From Macrostomum lignano (lineage: Eukaryota): 64,000 nt of DNA. The notes beneath the pieces are model-generated. The model saw nothing but the letters and a program-made list of their open reading frames with translations, was not told where the DNA came from and ran no database searches. The stretch covers positions 124,001 to 188,000 of the forward strand of contig NIVC01000869.1 of NCBI GenBank assembly GCA_002269645.1. The letters run 5' to 3'. Positions 36,408 to 49,667 of the stretch are shown piece after piece. The position numbers and the translations under genes are program-made. Every line of letters starts with the position of its first letter. Positions within the stretch are counted from its first letter, which is position 1.

Positions 36408-39400
36408 GCCAGCGGTATTCGCGCCAGCCTGATTTCTCTGAACTGCATGCGGTAGATGGAGATCATCAGATACTTTCACAATTTATCAGATACTCGTATC
36501 TTCTAGTGCTATATTTATCATGTAGCGATTCGCCAATCAAAGGTTAATCATTTCGCTTTGTAAATCTGTGCGTACAGGCATTAAGGTTTTAACTTTACTG
36601 CATCGGCATTCCATGAGCAAAGATATCCTTTGTGTCATCAAGCCTGATTCCTTTTGCGAGTTTCGATCATTATGCTAATGGTGTGTTGTGAAAGTAAGAA
36701 AATGGAACCATTTCCTGGAAATTGCAGGTCATGTCAAGAAGCAATTATGACGTATCTAATTGTTTATGCTATGATTTGCCAGCTATCTAAAGCTTCCATG
36801 TTGTCCCTAATCGGTAGTTTATGTCTGATTTCAGTATCATGAGATTTTTCATTACTAACTTTTATTTCAATTTGATTTCAAAGGTTTCCCGAGTTTAAAA
36901 TATGCTATGGTACATTTTCGCAATTAGGCATGCAAATCATACTGAATAATAACTAAATACACAAACACGACGCAGTTTTTGATTATGCGAAATCACACGA
37001 ATTCTCTATTGTTATGCGGTGAGTTGATTAAGATAATTTAAGTTTTTGCTGCTTTATTGGTTGGCTAACGGGTTTATATTTTTGCGATAGTTATGCCGTT
37101 TGGCATCATAATTTCATGTGTTTGTTTATGTTCATAGCCTTTTTTCAAAATGTCGAAGATTCGCTTCTCTACCCAACCGGAAAAAAATTGTGTCCTTAAG
37201 CAAAACATTTACATGTAACTCTGCAAAGCTTCAGTTCACGGCCAGCTGTAAAATGGGTACTATATACTTAGCTGGGGTAATTGTGTGTGTGTGTGTGTGT
37301 GTGTGTGTGGCAAAACCGGTCTCAGTCCTTGAACTTTATAGCCGTATGCAGCCTTCAGCTAGATGCACCGCGTAATATCTGTGGCTGAGCTGTTGGTTGT
37401 ATTCAACTAAACATGTACATCTGCTCATATACATATATTGTGCAGGTGTAATCTAATTATTACGATCTTGAGTACTGTCGGTTTATGAAATTTGTCATAT
37501 TTACGCACAATGAAATAACCCAGTAAAGTAAGGAAAGCCCGCAGCCTTCTACATGTAGGACTTCCTAGTTCTGGTCTAAAGTTTAGTGAACCGGAGCGGT
37601 TATCAATGCATGTATAGCGCAACTCATTAAAAGGGCTGGTTATTACGAAAAAAAGTTTTATTCTAACTGAAAGTTCGAGTAGTCGCATCTCCATCTATGA
37701 CTATGACTATACTTATATAGGCTCGTTCACCGCGTCAACAAACCATGCCAATAAGCAAACGACTGACAAAGCAAACCTGTGGTCACACAGAAATTGATAT
37801 TTGTTCGCTCTGTAAATAGTCTGTAATATCAGTATTTAATAACAGTATATTTATTACAATATAATCAGCATTCAATAAACTGCAATACAGATCCCAGCCA
37901 TGAGTTAAACTAACTGTTCATTAATTAAAAATTTTACTGAATTAACTTAAATACAAAATTGAACGCCATCATATAGTTAAAACTAAAGAGAAAACGAAAA
38001 AAAGTAGACACGTTTGCTAGAAAAATACTTTTATTCAGATAAATTCTGAATGAAAAAAATTAACATAAAATAGCTTCCATTGCTAGAACTTTTACTTTAT
38101 CTATATTTACTTTGCACAAATTTAGGTTAGTTTATTGTGTGAATTTGCGTGCTCAGAATTTGCATTTTGCTTTAATATTGACAATGTTAATATAAGTTGT
38201 CAGTTTACTCAGCTATCTGTGTATATAATAGTTGGCCTATAATGTGCTAAATTAGTAAGCCTTTCCAATTACAGCTAGATTTTTAATGTACGTCTGTCTA
38301 AAATGACTCAGAGGATTTTTATTCAGCTTATATATTATTAATTTATATTAGGCGTATAAATTTATATACATGTACTAGTAACAAGGCCTATAGTACGTAT
38401 TAGAGGCTTACTTTGTGGGTAAATTAAGTGCGTCAAAATACTATACCTTGTACCTTGTAAGTGAGTTCTACTTCTAAATCAAAGTATTTTTACATTAGTA
38501 TATAGGCAGGCATGTTGCCACTGGGGGGACTGGGACAAGGGGGGACATTGGACATGCCAATGCTTTTTCCCCCACATCCCACCTTGTGACCTGTTGTGGT
38601 AATCAATAATTTTTTCAAGTAGTCAAAATTTAGCACCTTTGGCACCAAAATATATGCCTGCAATATATGAATGCCTGAGGGCTGCAGCTCTAAAATAAGT
38701 GTTTGCAATACTAAAATGAGTGCCTGTGATGTTAAAAAGAATTCCTGTGGCACAGTGGCACTAGGAGTGCCTATGGTGCCAAAATAAATGCTTGTAGCAC
38801 TAAAATAAGTGCCTACAGTGCTAAAAGGAATGTTTGCTATGCTAAAAAATGCCTGTGGTACCAAAATGAGCACTGACAGCATGATTAACAAAATAATAGG
38901 ATCTTAGTCATTCAGTCATGTAAATGTTGAATTTTTAGTTTTGTCCCTAATGATGTAGGGCTAGGGCTAGGCCCTAATTTCTATCCCTTGGAATAATTCT
39001 ATCAATGCCACTAACATTATAACCGTGCTAATTGCTCTCACTAATAACTGCCCTAGAAATGTCACCCATGTTCTCCTATTGATAGGTAATAATGCACTTT
39101 TGCATGTACTTTTACTTATTTTTACTGGTAGCATATCTACTTGTCTATCTTCTTCTGTACTAATAGCATATATGTATCAATTGGTAACATTTGTATATGT
39201 ATTGTACTCTTGGCCTGAGCAGTCTTCTGGCACTTTATGTTCCGACTATTTACTCCTATAAAAATTTTCTCCTAGTCCTGGGCATTCCCTGGATCAGAAG
39301 GTCACAGCCTTTATGCTATTTTTCTGCTCTGACGCAATTCTTTTACCCTAAGGCAATTTCCTTGCCCTAATGTAATTCTTGCTTCCAATGGATTTCTGAT

Positions 39401-40169
39401 ACTCTAAAGGAAATGACTAAGTCTTTCAAACACTGCAAATAGCAATTTAATAAGACTAAACTGATTATATTTGCAAGACTTGCGGAAGAAGAGGCAATAG
39501 ACAAAATTGTCTAAGCTCCAAGTTGCTTGGATTGCTCAAGAGTTGCTATTCTTGGCCCCTTACTGGCCCTCTATTTATATTACTTGAATGATATATTTAA
39601 AACAAAATTATATTTTGTAAACTATTATTTGCTTTCAAAACATTTAAACAAAAAGTATACTAATTTCTTTTTAGCATAAATTCGTTAATATCTATTATGG
39701 AAGGCATTCTATATTATAAAATGAGGCACACTAGTGACACTACATTATTAATCTCACTATAAAATCCATGGTAACACCCCTATATATAGGACAAGTCTAA
39801 TTATTATCTAAGGCCTATCTATTCAATTTCATATTAATATTCAAATTCTATAACCATATAATTAAATCCATTTAGTGTATTTATATGCTAAAAAATTGAA
39901 AATTAAGTTTTTTTGGTCCACTTTAGTAATAGCCACTTTAATAATAGTAATAATATCAACCACTCTAGTAATAAATGATGACCTTTTTTAGAACCTATTT
40001 TGGTATATTTAGATATGTTGCTAAAAGAAATAGTAGTGTTTATCCTTATCCCCAAGGTACTATAGGAATAATTTATCTTAGGCCTATTCTTATAGTACCG
40101 TAGGAATAATTTTCTACTCATCTGCATAGCACATAAGTAGCCTTTTGAGATTGCTCTGAGATTCACAAA

Positions 40170-40200
<31 letters not shown>

Positions 40201-41299
40201 ATAAATATAATATAATAGTGAATTATTACCATATTTATAAAAAGCTAAATAATAACCAGGAAACAAAATTTATATAATGTGACTGAATATTGTATTTTTT
40301 AAAAACTCTGAGTTTACAACTTGAAATTATAACAATTTTCAATTTCATTTTATGATTATACATTTTTTTTAAATTATATCATCTTTAAAAGTTATTTGTT
40401 ATTGCAAAGGGTTTATTGCCAAAGTAGTTCTTACCAAAATGGTTATCACTTTTTCAAGGGGCTATTACTAATATAGATTGTATATATAGATATAGATTAC
40501 TAATATAAATGGTATACAAATATGAGAGGTATAGATTAGGCATAAAGTAATATTGTTATTTTTTCAAGTGTATACTTATCATGCTCTATATCAATGTATT
40601 TTTAGTAATATATTATTAATTAACTATACCTTTTCTAATAAGTAAAGATGTTATCAACAGCTTAGCAATAGCTGTTTTGTGGCAAATGTGAAGGTTACAC
40701 ATGGCTATATAGTCTTCTTCTATCTAAATATACTAAATCTCTAAGGTTTGTTTGTATGCTTGAATGTCCATAACGCTCTAGAGATTTCTAATATACTAAA
40801 AGTCCTACCTTTGTTTGTTTGTCTGTCTGTTTGTGAATGACGCATTTAATACTGAATGCCTCAACCAAATTTGATCGCGTTTTTTTCTAAACCTGCAGAA
40901 TTCTTCAAGGATTGTACCTAAAAAAATTTCAAATATTTGCTTCATGCTAAGTGGATTAAATATTCGAAAAATGAGTTTTCCCTATGCTTTTAATGGGAGG
41001 CTAGAAAAGGTCAAAATCTCGACTGACTGAATTGAAACTCCAATTGAGATTGCGCCATAACTTTTTTCTCTAAGTTTCAATACTGGCTACAGTGTGCAAG
41101 GGAGAGAAAAAATGCTCAGTGGCTGTGTGTACATTCCTCTGACCCTGGCTGAATGGTGGACTGCATAGACAATTGCTATTTATAGATTTCACTCAACTGT
41201 GCATTGGCTCTGCCTGCGCACTGAGCAGCCTATCACTGCTATGTATTTGACTGCAGTGTCGAAGCTTATATGGCTGATTTTCTCGCCTTTCCATCAATA

Positions 41300-41386
41300 G
41301 GCAGAGTAGCCACATGTAGGCACTAGGTTTAGGCAGGCGTAAGGTCCCAGGTTCGAGTCCACCTCGCTGCAAACAATTAAATTTGA
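41300..41386 (+). mobile_element. tRNA-derived SINE head (degenerate)
   Basis: GGCAGAGTAGCC... with B box GGTTCGAGTCC; resembles the head at 55350; no full cloverleaf. Confidence 0.55.
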
Positions 41387-42039
41387 ATTAATTTATATTT
41401 ATTTGTAACTTATGCATCGACTAATTAGAACATCTTTCGATTAATATTGATTTATTAATAGCGATGGAAATTTTTTTATTAAGTAAAGCAATGAATTATT
41501 TTTGCTAATCGGCACAAGCCACTAAGCAAATTTGATTTGTAAAACTGCTTCAAGTCTGGCTGATCTCATCAATGGGTGTTGCCTAGCTCCATTTAAAGTG
41601 TGAAATTGCTAAAATGCAGACAATGCTGCTAAACTGCTTAAGGCATAGGCACAGCTAAATCCTGAGTTTGTGCAAAAATCCGCCGATATGTATCGAACAC
41701 TGATTAATGAGTCGTACTAAATGCTGAGAAATGTTTTAAATTGTTGAAAGGATCATTGCAAGTTTGCTGAGACTGAGGAGCCAGCCGAGAGAACTGCAGA
41801 ATGCTTGGGGATGAATGAGAATTCTTGAGGGAATAGTATAGGCTTCTTTTCAAAAATAGCCGCGTTGTAGAAGCAAAGCAGATGGTCGGCAATTGGAGTC
41901 TGCATTGAAGCTGAAAAGTATCCCCATAACTTTGAAATTTAGAAATTTTCATTGAATGATATTATTCTGGGACTGCATTAATCTTTTAGATCAGTGCCAA
42001 TCTATTGTGAGTATGTGCTAATTTGCAGAGAGCATTACT

Positions 42040-42580
42040 AATCTGGAAGAGTGGTGCTAATATGGAGGAGTAGTGCTAATCTTGGCAAAGTGTTGCTAAT
42101 CTGGGCGGGGTGCTAATTATTAGGGGTAGTGTTGCTAATCTGGGGGGGGGGGAGTCTGGGGGCTCAGTAATGCTAATCTGAGGAGCGGTGCTAATCTGGG
42201 GAGTGGTGCTAATTTTGTATAAAACTGTGCTAATTTTTGGGAAGTTCTGCTAATTTTTGGGGAGTGGTGCTAATCTGGGGGTGGTGCTGATCTGGGGGAG
42301 TGGTACTAATCTGGGGAGCGGTGCTAATCCGGGGAAGTGGTGGTAATTTTTGGGGAGGGGTGCTAATCTGGGGGAGGGGTGCTAATCTGGGGGAGTGGTG
42401 CTAATCTGGGGGAGTGGTGCTAATCTGGGGGAGTGGTGCTAATCTGGGGGAAGTAGTGCTAATCTGGGGGAAGTAGTGCTAATCTAAGGGAGTGGTGCTA
42501 ATCTAAGGGAGTGGTGCTATTTTTGGGGGAATGGTGCTAATCCGGATGAGTGGTGCTAATCTGGGGAAATAGTGCTAATA
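42040..42580. repeat. About 17-20-bp G-rich minisatellite (GTGCTAATCTGGGGGA...)
   Basis: Visible directly; sister array at 43040-43525. Confidence 0.9.
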
Positions 42581-43039
42581 TATAATTTTCTAATATACTA
42601 AAAGTCCTACCTTTGTTTGTCTGTTTGTGAATGACGCATTTAATACTGAATGCCTCAACCAAATTTGATCGCGTTTTTTCTAAACCTGCAGAATTCTTCA
42701 AGGATTTTACCTTAAAAAATTCAAATATTTGCTTGGAGAACTACAGAATGCTGGGGGATGAATGAGAATTCGTAAGGGAGCAGTAAAGGCTTCTCTTCGA
42801 AAATAGCCGCGTTGTAGAGGCAAAGCAGATGGTGGGCAATTCGAGTTTGCATTGAAGTAGAAAATTTATCCCAATAACTTGTGACAATATTGATGTCTCC
42901 TCCAATGCAGATTGACGCAGATTTTTCGAAATTTTCATTTAATTATATTATTCTGGGACTGCATTAATCTTTTAGAGCAGTGCAAGTCTATTGTATGCGC
43001 TAATTTTCAGAGACCATTACTGACAAAGTCTTGGCAAAG

Positions 43040-43525
43040 TGTTGCTAATCTGGGTGGAGTGCTAATTTAGGGGTAGGGGTGCTAATCTGGGGAGGGGAGT
43101 AGTGCTAATCTGAGGAGCGATGCTAATCTGAGGGGGGGGGAGAAGTGCTAATCTGGGGTGGGGGAAGTAGTGCTAATCTTGGGGGAAGTAGTGCTAATCT
43201 GAGGAGCGTTGCTAATCTGGAGTGCTAATTTAGGGGTAGGGGTGCTAATCTAGGGGGAAGTAGTGCTAATCTGAGGAGCGTTGCTAATCTGAGGAGCGTT
43301 GCTAATCTGAGGAGCATTGCTAATCTGAGGAGCGGTGCTAATCTGGGGGGGGGAATAGTGCTAATCTGAGGAGCGTTGCTAATCTGAGGAGCGGTGCTAA
43401 TCTGGGGGGGGGAATAGTGCTAATCTGAGGAGCGTTGCTAATCTGAGGAGCGGTGCTAATCTGGAGGGGGGTAAATAGTGCTAATCTGAGGAGCGTTGCT
43501 AATCTGAGGAGCGGTGCTAATCTTG
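43040..43525. repeat. About 17-20-bp minisatellite (TGCTAATCTGAGGAGCG / TGCTAATCTGGGGGG)
   Basis: Visible directly; same core as 42040-42580. Confidence 0.9.
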
Positions 43526-44280
43526 GAAAAGTGTTGTTAAGGTGAGTGGTGCTGAGTTTGTGCTTCAAAAGATAAGCACTATGTGCTAATTAAAAAAGAG
43601 TTTTGGGCTGATGGAAGATTTGCTACTGCAGAACTGCTCGGAGATTAGTGAGATTTGCTCAGCGACTGTGCAAAACTGCTTATAGACAAGCGCTAAACTG
43701 CTAAGAAGCCACCCGGAGGGGGGCTAAATGGCTAGTCCATATACTAAAAATGGTCTGTCGGTATGTGTGTGTGTGTGTGTGTGATCGATTTTAGCAAAAA
43801 CGGCTCAACCGATTTTATTCGAACTTGCACCATTCGATCAGAAATTTTTCCGTGACTGTACATGCATCGTGGCTCAGAAATTGCTCGATGCTAAAGGGAT
43901 TAAATATTCGAAAAACATGCTTTTTTGCAAAGGTCAAGCAAACTTTTCGACTTGAAATGCATTGTCACAATATACTAAATCTTAAGAATGCTATAGAAAA
44001 AACTGACTGGTTGAATTCTGATTCTGAAATAGATTGCATCATCACAATAGGCTTTTATTTATCGTCTGTGTACTAGCTGAATTTTGACACTGAATTGAAT
44101 TGTGTCACAGTATTGAAAACGCAGTGTGGAAGCATAGCACAACACTTGACTTATATTGTGTAACCATATTGCTAACTTTAATAGAGACTGGTACTGACTT
44201 GCCTAAGAAATTGATTATGTCATAACTGCTTCGTGTGACTTTAACTCAATTGACTTGGTGTGAGTGTTGAATATATAAAT

Positions 44281-45900
44281 CTGTTCTAAGAATCTCTTCT
44301 ACTTTTGCATTCTAAGAATCTCTTCTACTTTGTATTCTAAGAATGTCTTCTACTTTTTGTATTTTTGTATTCTAAGAATGTCTTCTACTTTGTATTCTAA
44401 GAATCTATTCGACTTTTTGTATTCTAAGAATCTCTTCTACTTTCTATTCGAAGAATGTCTTCTACTTTCTATTCTAATAATCTCTTCTACTTTCTATTCG
44501 AAGAATCTCTTCTACTTTGTATTCTAAGAATGAATTCTACTTTGTATTCTAAGAATCTCTTCTACTTTCTATTCGAAGAATTGAAGAGTTTAAGAGTGGT
44601 GATCAGTCACTCAAAAACTCCCACTTCTAGACACTGGGGAACAAGTGCCTAGGTATTTACCAGTTCAAATAACTTACTGCAGCGGATCCTTTAGTGGCTT
44701 GTAGGCTTCTTGGTTTGGCTTAGGTGACTCAGTACCTCCGGGAGTCCTTGACTTTTATCTGTGGGTCGACCAAAAACGAGAGCGAATCAGAATTTCTTGA
44801 CAGTCCTCGAGCTCGGAATTAACAGTAGAACGTGCGCCCTAATGAACAATTAAATTCTCTAATTTTCTGTGATAGGTCCTCCTGAAGGGCGTCTTCTTCG
44901 TTACGTCCGAAACGTAACGGATAACTCAATTCAATTCAATAAATCCTCTAGGAATGTATCCTAGGAAACAAGGAGGCCTTTTTCAAATGTGTCGACGATA
45001 AGTGGCTCTCGTAAACTCAATTAATCACTTTATTAGCACTATTAACAATTAACTAAATCGGGTAAACGCTTACCAATTGGACAGGTATGGTCCCCCAGAG
45101 ATTGGTCTTCTTATTTCTTCAGTGTCTTCTTAGAGACCGCTCCGAGTCTGAATTTTTGACTCGAATTTTGACTTATATTTATAGTAAAATTTTGGAGAAA
45201 AACCGGTTTGGGATTGGGTATTTACGAGTACTTAGGTCAAAAATCTTTGATTAAGCGGTCATGCATGTTTGAGCATTACCATATATGGAGTTAAACAAAT
45301 ACAGCTGTTGAAATCCGGTTCCTTGATCAAACAATGTAGGGTTCTAAATCATTCTGTTTGCGCGTGATTCCTAAAATAGATATGAATCATTTTGCAAGAA
45401 ATTGACTTCCTTAGAATATTACTTCAAGTAGAGCATTACGGTATGGTCTAATAACTCTCTACAGAATGTCTTCTACTTTGTATTCTAAGAATCGCTTCTA
45501 CTTTTTATTCTAAGAATCTCTTCTACTTTCTATTCGAAAAATGTCTTCTACTTTCTACTTTGCATTCTAAAAATGACTTCTACTTTGTATTCTAAGAATG
45601 TCTTCTACTTCGTATTCTAAGAATGTCTTCTACTTTGTATTCTAAGAATGTCTTCTACATGCATTCTAAGAATCTCTTCTACTTTCTATTCTAAGAATCT
45701 CTTCTACTTTGTATTCTAAGAATCTCTTCTACTTTGTATTCTAAGAATCTCTTCTACTTTGTATTCTTAGAATGACTTCTACTTTGTATTCTAAGAATCT
45801 CTTCTACTTTGTATTCTAAGAATCGCTTCTACTTTGTATTCTAAGAATCGCTTCTACTTTGTATTCTAAGAATCTCTTCTACTTTCTATTCAAAGAATGT
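44281..45900. repeat. 23-bp minisatellite (TATTCTAAGAATCTCTTCTACTT-type) split by a solo LTR
   Basis: Arrays at 44281-44581 and 45464-45900. Confidence 0.92.
44582..45463 (-). mobile_element. Solo LTR (882 bp), same family as 34954-35950
   Basis: TGAAGAGTT...CTCTACA, 4-bp TSD GAAT on both sides, shared blocks GTGATCAGTC..AAAACTCCCACTTC.AGACACT, GGGCGTCTTCTTC, GCTCCGAGTCTGA, TATTTATAG. Confidence 0.82.
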
Positions 45901-46260
45901 CTTATACTTCCTAAGTGGCTAAGAAATTGCTCGATGCTAAAGGGATTAAATATTCGAAAAACATGCTTTTTTGCAAAGGTCAAGCAGCTCTTTCGACTTG
46001 AAATGCATTGTAAGAATGCTAGAGAAAAAACTGACTGGCTGAATTTCAATTCTGATAAAGATTGCATCACAACAAGGTGAAAACAGTGCCACAGAAACGC
46101 ACACAAGACTTGATTGAAATTGCGTAACCATATTGCTAACTTGAATTGAGACTGATTCTGGCTGACTGAGAAATTGATTATGTCATAAATTTTTACTCTA
46201 ACCGACTTGCTATAAGTATTGAATTATAAGGGCCACAATTCATGTGCTCCAATTGAAAAA

Positions 46261-46335
46261 AGATAGCCTAGATGCGAACAGACTGTACTGCTAATGTAGC
46301 GACCTGGGTTCGAATCTTGGTAGCGCCAAATGATT
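46261..46335 (+). mobile_element. tRNA-derived SINE head (degenerate)
   Basis: TAGCCTAG A-box-like start, GCGACCTGGGTTCGAATC B box, then GCCAAATGATTT as in the other heads. Confidence 0.5.
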
Positions 46336-46389
46336 TTTTTATTAAAACACCCTAAAAACAAAAAACTGCTAAACATAAAAGAAGCGCAA

Positions 46390-48290
46390 TGTCAAACATA
46401 CAAGAGCCACCATGTCAAACATAAAAGAGCCACCATGTCGAACATTAAAGAGCCATCATGTCAAACATAAAACAGACACCATTAAGAACATTAAAGAGCC
46501 ACCATGTCGAACATTAAAGAGCTACCATGTCAAACATAAAACAGAAACCATTAAGAACATTAAAGAGCCACCATGTCGAACATTAAAGAGCTACCATGTC
46601 AAACATAAAACAGCCACCATGTCGAACATTAAAGAGCCACCATATCAAACATAAAAGAATCACTATGTCAAACATTAAAGAGCCACCATGTCGAACATTA
46701 AAGAGCGACCATGTCAAACATAAAACAGAAACCATTAAGAACATTAAAGAGCCACCATGTCAAACATAAAACAGACACCATTAAGAACATTAAAGAGCTA
46801 CCATGTCAAACATAAAACAGACACCATTAAGAACATTAAAGAGCCACCATGTCGAACATTAAAGAGCTACCATGTCAAACATAAAACAGCCACAATGTCG
46901 AACATTAAAGAGCCACCATATCGAACATTAAAGAGCCACCATGTCGAACATAAAAGAGCCACCATATCAAACATAAAAGAGTCACCATGTCGAACATTAA
47001 AAAGCCACCATGTCGAACATTAAAGAGCCACCATATCGAACATTAAAGAGCCACCATGTCAAACATAAAAGAGCCACCATATCAAACATAAAAGAGTCAC
47101 CATGTCGAACATTAAAAAGCCACCATGTCGAACATTAAAGAGCCACCATGTCAAACATAAAACAGACACCATTAAGAACATTAAAGAGCCACCATGTCAA
47201 ACATAAAACAGACACCATTAAAAACATTAAAGAGCCACCATGTCGAACATTAAAAAGCCACCATGTCAAACATTAAAGAGCCACAATGTCAAACATTAAA
47301 GAGCCACCATTTCAAACCTAAAAGAACCACCATGTCGAACATTAAAGAGCCACCATGTCAAACATTAAAGAGCCACCATGTCAAACATAAAACAGACACC
47401 ATTACGAACATTAAAGAGCCACCATGTCGAACATAAAATAGCCACCATGTGAAACATATACGTGACTCCATGTAAAACATTAAAGAGCTACCATATCAGA
47501 CATATACATGACTCCATGTCAAACATATACGTGACTCCATGTTAGACATTAAAGAGCCACCATGTCGAACATTAAAGAGCCAACGTGTTAAAAATACAAG
47601 AGCCACCATGTCAAACATATACATGACTCCATGTTGAACATTCAAGAGCTACCATGTCAAACATATACATGACTCCATGTCGAACATTAAAGAGCCACCA
47701 TGTCAAAGGTAAAAGAGCCACCATGTCAAACATAAAAGAGCCACCATGTCAAATATTAAAGAGCCACCATGTCAAACATTAAAGAGCCACCATGTCAAAC
47801 ATATACATGACTCCATGTTGAACATTCAAGAGCTACCATGTCAAACATAAACATGACTCCATGTCGAACATTAAAGAGCCACCATGTCAAATATTAAAAA
47901 GCCACCATGTCAAACATTAAAGAGCCACCAGGTCAAACATGAAAGTGCCACCATGTAAAACATTAAAGAGCCACCATGTCAAACATATACGTAACTCCAT
48001 GTCAAACATTGAAGAGACCCCATGTCAAACATTAAAGAGCCACAATGTCGAACATAAAAGAGCCACCATGTAAAACATATACGTAACTCCATGTCAAACA
48101 TTGAAGCGACACCATGTCAAACATAGAAGAGCCACCATGTCAGACATAGAAGAGCCCCCATGTCAAACATAGAAGAGCCACCATGTCAGACATAGAAGAG
48201 CCCCCATGTCAAACATAGAAGAGCCACCATGTCAGACATTTAAAAGCCACCGTATCAAACATAAGAGTTACCATGTACGAGCGTAGAACA
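46390..48290. repeat. About 23-bp minisatellite with several subtypes, 1.9 kb
   Basis: Core AAAGAGCCACCATGTCRAACATT, plus variants ACAGACACCATTAAG and ATATACATGACTCC. Confidence 0.95.
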
Positions 48291-48410
48291 AAAAAGAGCC
48301 ACCCTGTTAAACATAAAATATAGACAATTTCAAACGTAAAAGTAAGCGAATTTTAAAGGAGCCGCTATAATGCTAAGGAAATTGTCGCACTAGCTACTTA
48401 TTGTCTGGTA

Positions 48411-48617
48411 GATGCTTGCTATTTGGGGATGCTATCTATCTTGGGGAGGCTTGCTATCTGGGGGATGCTTGCTATCTGGGGGATGCTTGCTATCTGGGGG
48501 ATGCTTGCTATCTGGGGGATGCTTGCTATCTGGGGGATGCTTGCTATCTGGGGGATGCTTGCTATCTGGGGGATGCTTGCTATCTGGGGGATGCTTGCTA
48601 TCTGGGGGATGCTTGCG
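48411..48617. repeat. 18-bp minisatellite, about 11 copies
   Basis: Unit GATGCTTGCTATCTGGGG. Confidence 0.95.
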
Positions 48618-49667
48618 GTCTTGGGATGATTTCTTTTTGCAATGCACTTCATTTGAGCAGTTTGTCTGTTGTCTTTGTGAAGGATTTTTTGGCTGTCTTT
48701 TTGTTACTTGTAGAGAACAGAGATTCTATCCAGATGTCCCCCATCGGGGGGCGAAGATTGCTAGTCCAAGTCTAAGATTTGACACATACCTTCAGTTATC
48801 CTAGCTATTTTATGGCTAGGTGCACCAAGTAATGCAGAATTATACCAGACTAGAGTAATAAAATCCTTATATAGGCTTTATAAAAGATCTTTTCGTCATA
48901 TTTGCAATCCTAAATTCTAATAATTAGCATTATCATTGATTCCTTGTTAGCTTGTACTTGTATTAGAAATTGATTAATATAGTACAAATTGAATTTTGCT
49001 ATACTGTATTTAAATCCCATATATACTATATTATAAAAATTTTTCCTAAGTCTAGATCCTGTTGAGTTTATCCAAGAAAAATTTTGTATTTCTTAGATTT
49101 ATTTCACTTATACCAAGTGAATAAATAAATGCCTATAGTTAATACCAACTATAATCTATAGTGAACTAGTGAATTGACTAGAGTTTCATTCTGATCTATA
49201 TAGCTACAGATATGCTATAGGAATTTACAGATGTGGAGGTTTTAAGCAGAACATACAGATAGATTTAGTTCTCATATTTTAGTATATAGGATCTAGTAAT
49301 ATTGGCCACTCAATGACTGAGCTCTGAACTTAAAAGACTTTAAGGCCATTAGAGCCCTTAATTTCATGGGTTGGGATAAAGCCGTAGAAACGAATGAATT
49401 TTGCCAGTTTTAAAGCTTCTGTAAGAGGAAGTCTCAAGTCCCTAGGATTTAGGAACTCAAGAAACAGGGATTTTTGATGCCATGTGCACATTGTGTGATT
49501 AGGGTGATGGGTGGGGACTCAAGTTGAGATCAATGCAGTCCTAGCCATTCTTCTATGTAGCTCTTAACTTACATTGCAGCCATACGAGACTGCAGTGCAG
49601 CGCAGACTCCTGAAGTGCACTGTACACTTTGATGCAGTCGGACTGCCATTTGCACTAGCCAGCTAGC

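Larger units (their letters stand above)
40723..46230 (+). mobile_element. Cluster of Helitron-like non-autonomous elements with internal minisatellites
   Basis: Repeated 5' ends TC(T/C)A(A)ATATACTAAA followed by TTTG/CTGT/GT microsatellite at 40723, 40787, 42589 and 43736; 3' hairpin GCCACCCGGAGGGGGGC plus CTAG at 43708-43735; duplicated blocks 40787-40943 and 42589-42733, 41795-42110 and 42740-43060, 43869-44285 and 45915-46230. Confidence 0.65.

Noticed and set aside
36410-40700. Short ORFs in the AT-rich region after AP3M
   Set aside because: No codon or GC signature like the real exons and no recognisable domain; only GT and TA microsatellites.
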